A stretch of 64,000 nt of DNA from Octopus sinensis. Its lineage: Eukaryota. Shown here piece by piece: positions 1 to 13,500 of this stretch. Under the pieces are notes generated by a model that was not told the DNA's origin, ran no database searches, and saw nothing but the letters and a program-made list of their open reading frames with translations. Position 1 is the first letter of the stretch. The number at the start of each line of letters is the position of its first letter. A program made the translations under genes and the position numbers. Where the stretch lies: NCBI RefSeq assembly GCF_006345805.1, contig NW_021836130.1, positions 124,001 through 188,000 on the forward strand, given 5' to 3'.

Positions 1-316
1 CTCGTCAGCATCAAAAAATTCAGAAATTTCATTTTCAGAATCCATCAGTCAAAATCAAGTGCACAACAAAAACTAAATTATTAAATTATATAATTTATAT
101 TTCAAATTTATTGTGAACCTAATTTTATAATTAGATTCATGTGAAGGGTAAGAGATAATTCTTTCAGCTTCGACATGGATATAACTTAAGTCCCAAAAAG
201 TTAATGTTATGAAATAGTCGACTTTGGTATTGCTTACATGTTAGTTAGGCTTTGAGAGGAATTTCTGTTTTTGATTATTTTGTTGAGCTGGCATTGGAAA
301 TGGGGCAGTTGAGACA

Positions 317-1215
317 ATTATTATTATTTAGGCCAAACAAAATCACCGTCTTAACCATTAACTAACACGTTCAGGTGATTTCGACACTTCTCAACAGTCG
401 AGCCATCTTTTCACGATGTTCCGACCGTGACCCCACACACTTTCTGTATGTACGGTGAATGGTTTGTGGTCCATTTCCACGATCCCCCCCATTTGCCTCT
501 ACGAGAGACTCCAGTGTTCTATGGACAATTTCCCTATCGGTATGGTCCTTCAGTAGGTTGATAGATCTTTCTTGAATTCTTTCGATTTTTAGCCGGTTCG
601 TTGCCGCCAGGTTACAGCCCCAAGCAGCACATGGATAGCCTATTGTTGGCTCGATATACTGCTTGTAAAGGGTCTCTACCCCTGGCGGATAAGTTCTCCC
701 ACAGTTCCAAAGGAAGGCTTTTACAAAATTGATCTTCTTTATACAGGTTGATACGATCGATTCTACGTGAGGTGAAAAACAGAGGAAAGTATCGAACGTT
801 ACTCCCAATATCTTCTGTGTTTTCTTTTGTGGTATTGGAATTCCGTTCAACGTGACATCAATAGTTTTCGTCCCCATCTTCCTATTTTTCGTGAATAGAG
901 TGACTGCTGACTTTTCGGAACATGCATGTAGTCTGTTTTCATATAGCCATCCATATAAGTCTTCCAGTATTCTTTGTAGTCTTTCCTTCGCGTATTCGAC
1001 ATTTACATCCCTAGATGCGACAACTATGTCATCGGCATAGGAGAGTAGTATGTCATTATTTTCCATAGGAACCGGGAGATCATTCAGAAACAAGTTGAAG
1101 AGGGTCGGGGATAAAGGAGAACCCTGGGGTACACCATTGGGTAATAAGCGTGATTTTGAACTCTCGTTCCCGACGCACACTTTCCCACGACGTTCGCTCA
1201 AAAAATTCGGCAGTT
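317..1215 (-). mobile_element. 5'-truncated non-LTR retrotransposon (I/Jockey-like RT) with (TAA)n tail
   Basis: ORF 371-1255 has GVPQGSPLSPTLFN, YADD and KILGVTFD RT motifs; minus-strand (TAA)n run at 317-330. Confidence 0.85.
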
Positions 1216-1324
1216 GAGACAATGAAAATTGTATAAATGTTTTATCGTCCCTCAAAAAGTCAAATCACCTTTAAAATATTTATTCCCCCGATGACCTTAT
1301 TTTAAATTGTTCCGACTGAGAGTT

Positions 1325-4113
1325 TAACCCAGATTCACCTCAATGCACACCTTTGGAATGTCGCTTGTTTGGAAAGTTGCTTGTTTCTGTGCATAAAAAT
1401 ATTAATTTTCTTTGTTTTCAAGATTTTCTTGTTGGTTGAAATACTCATTTTAAAGTATTCCTTTAATTTTATTTAAAATGTCCGTTCGGATAAACATTTT
1501 ATATAATTAGTAATATATTACTCAAATTATCAATCTGAAAATAAAAAATGAATTTAAAGACGTTCTTAAACTCTAATTTATTAATCATCTATTCTGGCCT
1601 ATGCAGACTTGGTTCGGGTTGATCGTCTTTTTCTTTGCAATCAGAGTCGATACTTTGAGAGTTCGAAAAGAGTACTTTTATATGAATTTTATTTTTTAAA
1701 TGACTTTCTACGTGTCTTATAAGTAAATTGTGAATTTTTTAAATAATTTTGTAAATTTGTAATAAAAAATTGTAAGAAAAGTATTTAAAAATGAAAAAAA
1801 TGTATTTATATGACGACAAACGGAAAGATCTTTTAAAATTATTTTTTAATTTGCAAAATAACACAAAATATTTTATCAAATAAAATTGAAGCATTTAAAA
1901 TGATATTTGTGGAATGAAGAATACCGCCAATGTTTTTTGAAGTCTGTATTTTTCATTGATTTCCTCAAACTAATAGATTCAACTTTGGATATACTATCAA
2001 TATAAAATACGTCATAAAAATACTTTTCATTTATAAAATGATTGATTTTAAAGCCATTTAAGTTGTTTTGAATATTTTTATCTCTCAAAAATAACTTCAG
2101 AATCTACAAAACTTTTAAAAATGTTTACCTTTTCCACCTCCTTTGAATATTGTTTATATTTTGTTTTGAATTCAATCAAAACTTGTATTCCCCGAAACTT
2201 AATAAAAAATCTATAAATATTGAAACTTTAAAAACACAATTCAGGCCCATAATTTTTCGACCGTTTCAAAATAAAGTAGAAAAGATTTAATGAAAGGTGA
2301 ACAATTTTTTCATTTTCGCCAAACTTTTCAAATTTTGTTATTTTATCCATTAAACTTGTAACGTGCCTGAGTCCATGAAAACCTGCATATCGTTTTGAAA
2401 TTAATGGTGACCAAGAATACTTCCGATAACTGGATCCTGAGACAAAATACTTAGGAGAGAGAGTATATCCAGCATCATTTCTGGAGAATCTAGACTCAAT
2501 AAATTAAGAATAGCAAATAATCCATCATTTTCTTTCATCTTCTCTTTGAATTGAGAGGAAAACTAAGAAATGCTAATGAATGCTTACTTTTGGATCTCCC
2601 ACAATGAGATTAGTAAATATTCCGATTATATATTCTACATATAGTGACTCAGAGCTTTTAATAAGAACATAAATAAAGGTTTCTTGCACATTATTCAGCC
2701 AATACATTGCAAATCTGGTCACATTATTACTTTGCTACAACGAATTATCTGGGTAGTTTCTTCTTTTCTTCTTAGCCATTTGTTTAAAGACTATAATTAT
2801 AAATTAACTAAATTAAACAAAATAAGCCTTTCTGTTTGTCTGGAAGATATTTTACTTTCATAAAAATAGACATAAGTCTCAAAATTTCATAAATAAGGAT
2901 CACTGTGCTTTGATTAATGTTGCGAAATATAACTGCAAGTTTTATCACCTCCAACATGTTTATTAAAATAGAAATTCTTTCAGATAGAGCGAATTGACAC
3001 AATTCATCTTCCAAACAATTTCTAGATAACGTTAGAGTCGGTTTAGATACAAAAGGCATTCCAGTAAGTAGTGAACTTGATTTAAAGGAGGTTTGTTAAT
3101 AGTTAAACATAATTTTCTCTTTTTAGGGTCGGAGAAATTGTTAGCAAAATTTTGTACAACCTTTTCCAAGAGAGCGATTATAGCCTCGAATATTGATATG
3201 TGAGTCCACTATTTGTTAGATATGATCGATCTTGCCTGATGCTGAGATATGTTTTTTAAAATGATTGCGGCTTGTAACTCAATTTCAAAATTGTCATTTT
3301 CAGAGTAAATCAATTTGCTCAGAATAGTAATTGATTCCATTAAAATTTTCTAATTCACTTACAAGTTTTTTTTACGCAGGTTTTTTCACCTTCTTCGTCT
3401 CTTCTGATAGTCATGTTATCTAGGATTTTAAGCAAGGGAGACAGGATGGCTATATTTTCATGACGTAAAAGATGGCATAGTTTTTGAATCCCCCCAAACA
3501 ATCTGAACAAACTTGAAAAAATAAATACCGTATTCTAGAAAAGAAACGTTGTTTTTGATTTGTAGAATTCAGAAGAAACTGCAAAGCACGGATCTTCGTC
3601 TCATCACAAGGGTTTGAAAGTGCGCCAACTGCATGACAGGTGTCAATAAAATCGTTTTTCTTTGACTTATTTCGAACTGGATTTATATTATTTGTTTTCT
3701 CTGATGTTGTATTTGGAATGTTGTTAATGAAATTATTTTGACTGTATTTTGTTTGAGTAGTTGAATTCGGATTGAAATATGTACTGACAAATGAATGTCG
3801 CTCCTTGTTACGATGATTGGTGTTATTAATGAAAATTGGAGGCTTTATTACGTATAAATTACTGAAAGGTGGAGAGGTTCGAACAAGAATTGAATCCTGC
3901 ATAACTCCACTACTGAGTAATCACGATTTAAAGAATATAAACTGTGGAATCAATAAGATTTATTATGACAATGAAATTGTTAATCCCGAAAGCGTAGTAA
4001 AACAAATGGGATTCGAAATTTCTAAACAAATAATACGAGTGGTTGTTAAAATCAATAATGATGAGTTTCTGTATCTTCACTCGTAATTGATGACTCATCG
4101 GATGACCTCATTT
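1325..4113 (-). CDS. Multi-exon armadillo-repeat protein, divergent p120/delta-catenin/plakophilin-like; both ends approximate
   Basis: Splicing 26-27-nt introns gives RIRLFGGIQKLCHLLRHENIAILSPLLKILDNM, AAIILKNISQH and KEKMKENDGLFAILNLLSLD..LSQDP, in the order of p120-family ARM repeats. Confidence 0.55.
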
Positions 4114-4419
4114 TGGTTTTTTCACCTCGGCTAGATTTGTAATTTCAAAACTTTTATCAACATAATTAAAATTTTGCAACAAATTTGTTTCCTCTCTTAT
4201 CAATTAGGACATATTTGCAATTTGAGTTAGAACAATCTTAAATTCAAAAAATTATTCTTTTATTTGTTTTTATAAAATTTTGAAGAGATGTGTTTTGTTT
4301 GGGTATCAATAATCATTTTCTTTCAATTTTCATTAAAACTTAAAGAAACGGTAAAATAACATAAATCGGTAAAATAACATAAAATTTAAATTTGGCTATA
4401 TTTATTTGTTTAAACACAA

Positions 4420-5553
4420 AGACCGCAATAGTAAAGTCAATCGTACGTATGATTCCAAAGCCTGGAAAAATAAAGGACCATGCAGAGAACTATAGGCCGA
4501 TAAGCCTAATATGCTCCGTCTCTAAAATTATGGAACGGATTGTCTTCACAAGACTTTCGAACTTCGTAGAGGAATCAGGTGCACTTGCAGTAGAGCAGTG
4601 GGGATTCCGACGAAAAAGATCCTGTGGTGATTGTTTCGGAGAACTCGAGAAAGTCATCTCGCTTAGTCTTGCTAATAATACAGCGACTATTGCTATCTGC
4701 CTCGATGTCTCAAAAGCTTTTGACAGCGTATGGCACCTGGGCCTCTTGGAAAGTGTCGCCAAGAGCAAACCCGGGTCTAAAACGGTCAATTGGCTGAAGA
4801 GCTATTTATCAATGAGAAGGTCATACATACGATGCGGAAACCGTTTGTCGGAATCTGTCGATCTCAAAAGAGGGGTACCTCAAGGCTCGGTCTTGAGCCC
4901 CCTGCTTTTTAATATTTACGTTGCTGATATTCCAAAACCGAAAGATCCTACCAGTCGTCTCATGATCTACGCGGATGACATATTAATAACGGATGCTTCG
5001 TGGAGAAAAGACATCTCGTGGAGGAAGTTAAAAGGATACGTGACAAGAGTGGAAGAATGGTGCATATCAAAAGGACTGACGCTTGCAAAAGAAAAGTGCA
5101 CCGCCACTTGGATTGCAAAACAGGGAGCAAAACGAAAACCGCCGAGAAACCTCTATGGGTTTACAGTAACGGAGAACCTGAAATACCTTGGGGTTGAAGT
5201 TGGATCCAAGGGTTCTTACTTCAGATACATCGACTCGAGGAGAAGGAAATGCGCTCAAATTCTCAGGAGCATAATTCACTTCCACCTTTCCCCGGAAACG
5301 TTTTTATATGTTTATAAAACGTGCGTCGAACCATTGCTTACCTACGGGTTCGAGGGATGGTATCCTACTGCTGAAAGGGATGGCATTATCGCTAAGCTCG
5401 AAAAGACGAGGCGATATGCCATCAAATTGGCAAATGGACTCCAGTTGGACCAACCCATCCCTCAAGTGATGGAAGACGCGACGGAAACGGTTGGAAGTGT
5501 TCTTGAGAGAGCCTTTTCCTCTCGAATTAAATATTAAAAAAAAAAAAAAAAAA
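4420..5553 (+). mobile_element. 5'-truncated LINE, RT domain open, followed by A18
   Basis: ORF 4392-5537 has YRPISL, LDVSKAFD, GVPQGSVLSP, YADD and KYLG; stop codon runs directly into the poly(A) at 5536-5553. Confidence 0.9.
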
Positions 5554-5630
5554 GAGGGAAACAACGAAGAAGAGGCATACGTTGTCTCATTAACTTTCTC
5601 CCTCTTTTTTCGGCTTTTCCGTTAATAAAA

Positions 5631-5651
5631 ATTCATTCATTCATTCATTCA
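5631..5651 (+). repeat. (ATTC)5 microsatellite after AATAAA, probable retroelement 3' tail
   Basis: aataaaa attcattcattcattcattca. Confidence 0.7.
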
Positions 5652-6278
5652 GTAACCGGACAAATAGTCATGCGATCCCGATAAACGCCACCAGGGAGCT
5701 CATCCCCGCTCGGTAAACTTTCCACGAGCCCACAACAGATCGTACTAGACGGCCGATCGATTTTGCCGCGACATTAGCCGCCAATATGGAGTTCTGCTTG
5801 ATCAGATCCTCCAAAGGAACCGTTCCGGAGCGTTTGTTATCATAAATCGAACGTTCAGTTTATCTTTACGGCCTTAGTTGGGTATCCTCGATTCTCCTTC
5901 TGACGTCTCCATGATTCATGTTTTATAAAGAAAGTTATTTTTAAAAACACATCTAGGTTTTTATACTTTTTTTACTGTTTTTATACTATTTGGAAGTTTC
6001 AAATAATAATTTTCTTAACATTCTTTCAAAAGCATTTTTTTAATTAATTATAAAAATAACTCTTTATGCGAAAAAATCTTAACAAATTTCTCAATCTGTG
6101 ATTTTTAATAACAAAAAATAGCATTTGATAAAATTTTAAGTGATTTTTGAATACTTGAAATCAATATTATTGATATTATTATATAAAAATTTTCATAAGT
6201 AACGGATACGGATGAGTGTTTTCTATGAACATTATATAATAAAATACTATATAAGTAACTTTTGCAGAAATAGAATAA

Positions 6279-6795
6279 ATGTGCGATTCAAGTTTATTGC
6301 CTGTTTTTAATCATAGACCAGTTTCTGTTTCTATCAGACACAAAACCTCGAAGACGCCCTCGTATTTCAGTAAAAGAATCTGAAAAGGATGATGTTTATT
6401 ACTTTAAAAGATTTAAAAATAATGAAGTATATATATTAATTGATTTTCCTTAGTCTGCTAAAAAATGTCGAGAAAATAAACGAAGACTTCAAAAAATCGT
6501 AGAAAATCGATTGAATATGCTAAATTTTAAAATATCGCTTTGTCGTGAATATTTTTTATTTATTTATACTTCGGTAAAAAACAATTTAGACATTTTTGGT
6601 GAAAGCACACTTGCATTTTTTGACGAACCAGTCATGGCCAATTTGTTGTTCAACAAATCCAATGATTTAGATAATTTATATTCATCCCAAAAAAGTTTGA
6701 TCCCAGATTACTCTTTGTGGCCAGAAAATAATTTCTACAGTTATCAAGATGATGTTGATTTTTCAAATTGTGATTCAAAATTTTATGAAATTTGA
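6279..6795 (+). CDS. PAR-type bZIP transcription factor (TEF/HLF/NFIL3-like) with two micro-introns
   Basis: Removing introns 6292-6316 (25 nt) and 6427-6453 (27 nt) gives VKESEKDDVYYFKRFKNNESAKKCRENKRR, matching the PAR-bZIP basic region (KD..Y..RR.KNN.AAK.SR..RR). Confidence 0.75.
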
Positions 6796-7939
6796 AGTTC
6801 AAGTCTATTTTTTGATTCAATAAACTATTGATTTAATAAATTTAATAAATCTTAAACAAAACTTTCTTTCAATCTGTTTTGAACTTATTTTATGTGTCAA
6901 GAACAAATTACGCAGAAAAGTTTCTAACAAAGTACAGAGAATTGAGGGTTGTTTCAATGACCTGACTGAAAAAGACAAAGTTAAACTTTGCAAATTGTGT
7001 AGTCCTCACAGCGTTGAAAGTCTTCGCAATTTATAAACATTATTTTGATATCATCAAAAGCTTTATTATTGTAAGCTAATTCCATACTCTTAAAAACTAC
7101 AAAACAAGCTAATAGGCCTTATTTCTCTGCGAAAACAGAAAATTTTTATAGTTTATCTACAATGACTATTTTTGTTACCTTCGATTTCTTAATAATAACC
7201 CCTTGCTGTTTTTGTTAAAAATTGAATCGAGGCTCGAATAAAAATTAAGAAAGACTTTTTGACGAGTCATTTTTATCCTATCTGTCTCGGATGGCTTTTC
7301 TTCGGAATTTTCACTTTCTTTTTCTAAGTTAAAAAACAGAAATTTTTTTAAAAAGGTGTTTCTAAAATGTGAAAACTAAATTTTTGTACTGCCATTAAAA
7401 AAAGAGACCGGATAAGATTATGTTGCGAGCGCTACGGGTTACCTATGCTCGAAGTTAACATTAAAAATTTTTATAACAAATTAAACTTAAATTTTTTTAC
7501 TTATTAACCTTAAAATTATAAAATATTTAATTTCAATATTCTTAAAAACCGCAGGATTTGAAATTTTTAAATAGATTATTTAACATGTATATTGTACGCA
7601 CATGAAACAAATTTAGTTATAAATTAGAGCCACATAAGTCAATAAAGTCAATTTCAATTCAGAGTTAGACTTTAGTCTAAAAATAGTTATTACTTAAATA
7701 AATATCCAAAAAGAGTTTTTATAAAAATTTGTTAGGTCGATTAGGTTAATTTTTAAATACAAATTTAAATAATATAATCATATCATAATTTTAAGCGTCA
7801 AAATAAATTTAAAATAATCGGCGTGACATTTCTGAATTATTGTAATAATCTTTTACTAAATTATAGAGTACATATCTCTAAAAGGAGATTCTTTGCTCAT
7901 TAAATGAGCGACAGAATGTTTATTTAATGAACAATCGTG

Positions 7940-8750
7940 TCATAGCGTATAATTTTCCATTAGGAATCTTTTTTGGCCATTCTAGGTCCAGTAGATTGCG
8001 TAGTTATTTTATGTGAAACGTGTCTATTTTATGTAACTCTGCCTCTATGCCACCCCAGGTACCCGAGTTATACATGAGAACTGGTTTTATATACGCGTTG
8101 TACAGCTTTAGCTTGATGTTTGTTTTTTGAAGTTTTCGATGATTCCATATCTTTTGCATTTTCTTGTACATTGCAGAGGTTAAAACTCTCATGTCCTCAC
8201 TATCACCAAGTAATGATCCCAATTTCCTTTTTTCCTCCAACTTTCATCAATATATTTCAATTCCCTTGCGATTCTTATGTGTTCAGTCTTTTCTTGATTA
8301 ACGTGCGAACACCATCTCTCAAATTCGTCCGGAATTTTCTCCAAAACAGATGCAAGTTCCTGATCATTTTTTGACGAAATGTATTCGGCAATAATCCCAG
8401 TTTTTTCTTTATTATCCAATAAATTTCTTCCTTAACTGTCGTGAATACAAATATTCTTAGGTTGCACTCCTCTCAACAGCCCGAAACATTTTCGTTCCGT
8501 ATCCCGTCCTCTCATTTTCACTGTCACTTTCATGTATTTTTCTGACATAAATTTCCTTCTTCCTTTTTTGATCTCCCTGACAACACGACTCCTTTCTTTT
8601 TTTAGCACGTTATAATTATCATGATCTGTCGTAGATTCCATATTAAGTCTTATTTTCTTCTGGTTATCACTGATAGCAGTTTTTACTTTATCTAAGATTT
8701 TCCCTTTTTTGTTAAATTCAGGACCAGAAACTATAGTGCGAACTGTATGC
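7940..8750 (-). mobile_element. Degenerate RTE-like LINE fragments
   Basis: KLGSLLG and KLKLYNAYIKPVLMYNSGTW thumb-region motifs in broken frames. Confidence 0.65.
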
Positions 8751-10697
8751 ATGTTTTTCGAGTAGTAAAAGGCTGCACTAAGTTAGGTTCCCCATCTTGT
8801 AATTATTACTTCAGGTGGTAATTCTATATTGTCAAAAAGATCTCTTCGAGATTTTTTTTGAGCAATGCAGTTTACATCGTGGCAATCAGATTATTAATAT
8901 CCCCATAGTGTGTACTCATTTTTAAGGCACAATTATGTAAAAGATGAGCAAAACAAGTAATGTGTATAACATTGTTATACATAATTGACAATGTTTCTGC
9001 AGCAGCTATCATGTATGATGCAGCGTCGATAACCAATAAAACAAAATTAAATCGTTTGACGTTAAAATCCTTTAAAGTTTCATCGATTATCTGGCAAATA
9101 ACTGAAGTATTACATATTTCAACAGAAATGCAATTTAATAGATAAATTTTCGATGGATTACAAATAGTCCCCCCAAAAACATTCACAAATTTATTATTTG
9201 AAAATTGGGTTTCATCAACAATCAAAAATATTTTCAAATTTAAAATAAGATTTTTTATTCGTTCAAAATTTAGAAGATAATTATCATATACCAATTTGCG
9301 ACAATAGGTTTCTGATGGAACAGAAAATCCCAAATCGTCGAAAAACTTAGAAAAAAGATTGTGACGAATCTTATAAAGAGGGATATTCACACCCGTCATC
9401 ATCGAAACCAATTTTAAACAAAAATCATTTGGAATTGCAATCAATTTCGATTGATGCAAGTCGTGTGTTTTACTTCTTTTTTATGCATTTCCGTCTGTCT
9501 GTGTTGTTCCACGTTAAAACTTTTTGACAAGTTTACCGAAACACAACAGAACTTGCAAGTAAGTCCCCCATTAGTACTTCTCGTAAATTCGTGCGGATAT
9601 TTATTTAATATTTTAGAGAGTTTGAATTCATTAGATTTTTTTGATTTAGGCATCTATTAATATACCTCTTTTATATAAAAACCTTTATCTCACTCAACAA
9701 AAAACCGATTATATCTCACGTTATAAAAAAATAATTCAAATATTATTATTCAAATATTTATATTTAAAAAAAAATATTAATCTAATTCATTAAAATATAC
9801 AAAAATTTGAATATGACTTTATTTTTATAATATAACTTTATTATTGAATATGACTTATATGACCTATTAATAAGTGTCGCAGTAAATAGGGATTCCAGGA
9901 AATAGCGATCCGTAGTAAATAGAGCGCATAGTATTCAAATATAAATAAATTAAGCAATTTATATGTCTATTTAGTAATAATCATTTTTATTTTTGAAAAT
10001 GTTTTTATTTTTTGCAAAAAATAATAAATTTTTATTTGAGCATGGGATATCTATCGATGTGCAATTATGAAAGGGATCAGATTATTGATTATCTAGTCAA
10101 TGCGAATTTACCGTCAACACTCAGTACCGCCAATGAAATTCGTTCCTTCAGATTCGTTCCTTTGTTCTTTTATGATTGCAATCGAAAATAGACAACTATT
10201 GCTATTTCAAAAAAAAAAGAATTTGAATTACTTTTCCATATTTTCATTTTTGTTTAAATAAAATGAAATCGAAACTAAATACACTCCATAAAGATTTAAA
10301 CGCGAAATTGACTAAATTGTTAACAAAAAGCGTCATTTAAACATTTAAAAAAATTAACAATTCAAACAATAAACGAATCTATTCTTAAGCAAATATTTTC
10401 ATTATTCCTGTACGATTTTAAAGCAGATTTTGTAGTAAGCTATTTATTAATTTATAAAATTATCAAATTAACGAAAAAATCGTCCTGCACAGTATTTGTC
10501 TTTATAGATTTCTCTATTTGGACAATATAAAATTTTATAATTATTTTACTTCGGATCGCTATTTCCTGGTATCTCTATTTACTGTAACAATAAGTGTTTA
10601 AATAGTTAAAAAATATAATTAAAATATTTAATTAATATAAACAAACACAAAATGACCTTATTTTGTGATAAGCATTATATGACTTTTGGTTGCCCTA
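8750..10697 (-). mobile_element. 3'-truncated hAT-like transposon (CGGBP1-type zinc finger plus RNase H-like transposase), frameshifted; copy 2 at about 21094-24256
   Basis: LTCKFC..VEQHRQTEMH finger, IVDET, DAASYM, HITCFAHLLH and TRWG motifs; terminal TAGGGCAACC at 10697 with ATATGAC subterminal repeats. Confidence 0.8.
9875..10589. mobile_element. Non-autonomous Ginger/TDD-type DNA transposon, 715 bp, present only in copy 1
   Basis: About 38-bp TIRs TGTCGCAGTAAATAGGGATTCCAGGAAATAGCGATCCG; TGT..ACA ends; 5-bp TSD ATAAG; empty site near 24149-24153. Confidence 0.85.
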
Positions 10698-11804
10698 GTT
10701 ATCAGATAAAAGTTCAATTTCGTTATCGAATACTCCTTTGAATCCGGACGGTTTTTTCCCAAGCACATACATACTTTCTTTATTTCTTCAGCCACTGAAT
10801 CCCAAACCACTGCAAGGGGATTTTTCATATTTACGTTCATAATTTCTTTCTTAATTGCCATACAATAATTTTCCGAGTCTTCTCACATAAAAATAATTGT
10901 CCCACCGTAAAACGGTTAGTACTGATTCACTTTATACTTTTTGAAAAACTTATTTAAAAACAGTTATGTTATAGAAAATAAAATTTCATTAAAAATAAAA
11001 AAGTCTCCCAAGAATAATTTGACCCACTGAATGTGGAATAAAAAATTATATAAACAAAGTCTAATTCTAATGATATCACAAAAATAATGAATTTCAATGA
11101 TCATCGTATTTTACCTTCGAAGTATTCTTTCTTGGATGAATATTAGGCTACATCGTGCGCAGTGGATTCTAAACAAATCTTAACAAAGAATGGAAATTTA
11201 AAATCGAATAAAGTAAAATATTACTTGATTGTTAGTAACTTGATAAAAGATGTATAAAATTACCTTAGATTTTCATAAGAGTAGTCTATATATAAAAATA
11301 AAGTAATATATTTCTTAGGTTAATTTTTCAGTCAATTCTTAAAATTTTACGGTCAATTAAATTGACTTTTTAATAATAATGGTTCTGTGAACGTGCTTTT
11401 AATAATAATTAAAAGCACAAAACATGGTTTTAGCGGCTTAAAAATTCGAAAACTTTAGATATTATAGTTAAAAGAGTCAATTATTAAATTATTTTAAAAA
11501 ATACTAATGGATCCTTTTTTCAAAAAAACAATACTAGTCACATCTTTATTCAACAGATGCGCAAAAGAATAGGTAAGAATAAAAATACTCTTACTTCGTC
11601 TTTTAGTTAATGGTTATTACTTTATTATTTTAGTAAATTGATTTTACTGAAAACTGATAGTTTATCTAGCTGACATTTTTCATAAAGTGAATGAAGTAAA
11701 TATTAGCTTGCAAGGAAACAAAATTAGTTTAATAAATGTACAAAGAATTATCATGCCTTTTATTGAAAAATTACATATCTATGAAAACAACATTAAGAAA
11801 ATGA

Positions 11805-12365
11805 TGAGAAGGTGTGCAGTGGTCGGGAATTGTACGTTTTTATTGTGGTGCATTATTATATCATTGTTCTATCATTGTATTTCATTCTTTCATCCATTGA
11901 TTTTTTCATTAAACTGTATTCAATTGTATCAATCTATTCTTTTTTCATTTGATTGTATTCCATTGTATCAATCTATCGTACCCTTTTCTCACTCCATGTC
12001 TCACTGTCTATCTTGTATTCATGCCTGCATGAGGCCGTCCCTTGCAAAAATTGCCTCTCCTCCAACAACAAAAAGAACGATTTCCGATGCGCACTATGCC
12101 ATCAGTACTTCCATCTAAACTGCCTTAAAATCTCGAAAGAGGCCGCCACAAAGATTCCAAACTTGCTGTATCCATCATGCCTCTCATGCTCAAGTAACTC
12201 TCTCAAACCTTCAATGGGGTGCGAAGGAACACCCTATGCGGCCAACGCTTCTCTGCCCAACCATTCCTCGCCAATCATTCCATTTGTTAAAGATTTCCTC
12301 TTTTCGTTTGCCTGGGTCAAAAGAATTCGCAGAATTCCAGTCATTTCGCCACTGAGTCCTTATCA
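11805..12365 (+). mobile_element. 5' part of a retrotransposon with a PHD finger, probably CRE clade; copy 2 at about 25360-25930
   Basis: C-x2-C..CALCHQYFHLNC PHD-like motif followed by KRIRRIP; a short hAT fragment (YLADIF..NISLQG) lies just upstream. Confidence 0.5.
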
Positions 12366-12559
12366 ACTGCCAGGGACAAATTATATCCAACTATCAGCAA
12401 AATTTTTGTTATAGAAGAATTTCTGATATTCTTGGTGTTTAAAATGAGGCTAAACAGCGACATATTTCAGCAAGACGTGACTTTGTTATCGCGAAGATGA
12501 GGTCCCTGATCGAGTGCATCGGGATCACGTGAGTTTTGTTTAAACTCTATCGTAATCTT

Positions 12560-12990
12560 GGCGGTTAAATAAAATAAAGACAATTCCCCATGCCATACTT
12601 CAAATGCAATAATGGAATGTTCATCCGCAAATAAAACTAATTTATTCGATTGGTCGACACAATCTCCGGACATGAATCCAATTGAAAACATTTGGGCTAA
12701 AATAAAATATGAATTATTGAAGGAAAAAATTGAGAACAAAATAACGAAGAACAAAAGGATAAAATACTCAAAATTTAAAATCAAAATCCAATGGAGTACA
12801 TTAAAATTGATAAATTCGATGAAAAATCGTAGTTTAGAGTTATTCAAACCAAAAGGAAAACATATACCGTACTAATATGTTTTGACATTTTTTCGGAATT
12901 TTTTGTCATAAAAATTGTTTTTCTGCTTTATTCACAACATTTTGAAAAGTTAATAATAAAAATAACGATTCATCAAGTGTCCGGAATTTT
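12560..12990 (+). mobile_element. Tc1 transposase C-terminal remnant; copy 2 at about 26130-26560
   Basis: DWSTQSPDMNPIENIW motif. Confidence 0.75.
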
Positions 12991-13139
12991 TCATCAAGAG
13001 GAAAATATTGGAAAACAAAATATTTCAAAAGTGGAGCAACTAACAACAATGTCTTCGTTTAATTATAAAGCTGATGACAAATCAGATATTTGACAATGAA
13101 TGTTGTCCTAGCACAATACAAAACATTGCTAGAATAATA

Positions 13140-13500
13140 ACACTAAGCAATGGATACTGTTACGAGAAAAACACCATTAATAACTGATAGTACCCCGAAT
13201 CAATCAAAATATAACATACAGTGAATATATGAATATATGTAAAGCACAAAACAAACTGGAAATTGTACAGAACCAGTGCTTACGGATTTTACTGAAACGT
13301 GATAAAATGACGACTACTTCGGAACTGAGAAAAGTGCTATACATTAAAAAATTAATGGACCATCTTACAGAAAGACAGCACATCTTCTTAACAATGGCAA
13401 GATATACCGGAGGTCCCCTTGAAGAGGAGTATCTTGCTTATGAAAGCGTGTTAAAAATTTTTAAAAACCATCCCCCTTTTGGACGTTGATTAAGAATTCG
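13140..13500 (+). mobile_element. LINE ORF2 C-terminal remnant; copy 2 at about 28220-28580
   Basis: KLEIVQNQCLRIL motif typical of Jockey/I C-termini. Confidence 0.55.

Noticed and set aside
8762-8776. GCCTTTTACTA on the minus strand resembling U5 loop I
   Set aside because: It lies in transposase coding sequence (SAAFYY) and has no U5 stem or Sm site
9441-9480. A micro-intron explaining the break between ORFs 9441-9653 and 8872-9459
   Set aside because: No suitably placed AG; the same frameshift is in both copies, so it is an old lesion
11150-11170. TGCGCAGTGG resembling the U4 snRNA 5' end
   Set aside because: No downstream U4 stem-loop, kink-turn or Sm site
13071-13100. CTGATGA followed by a small stem, resembling a hammerhead ribozyme
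   Set aside because: GAAA and stem III of the core are missing
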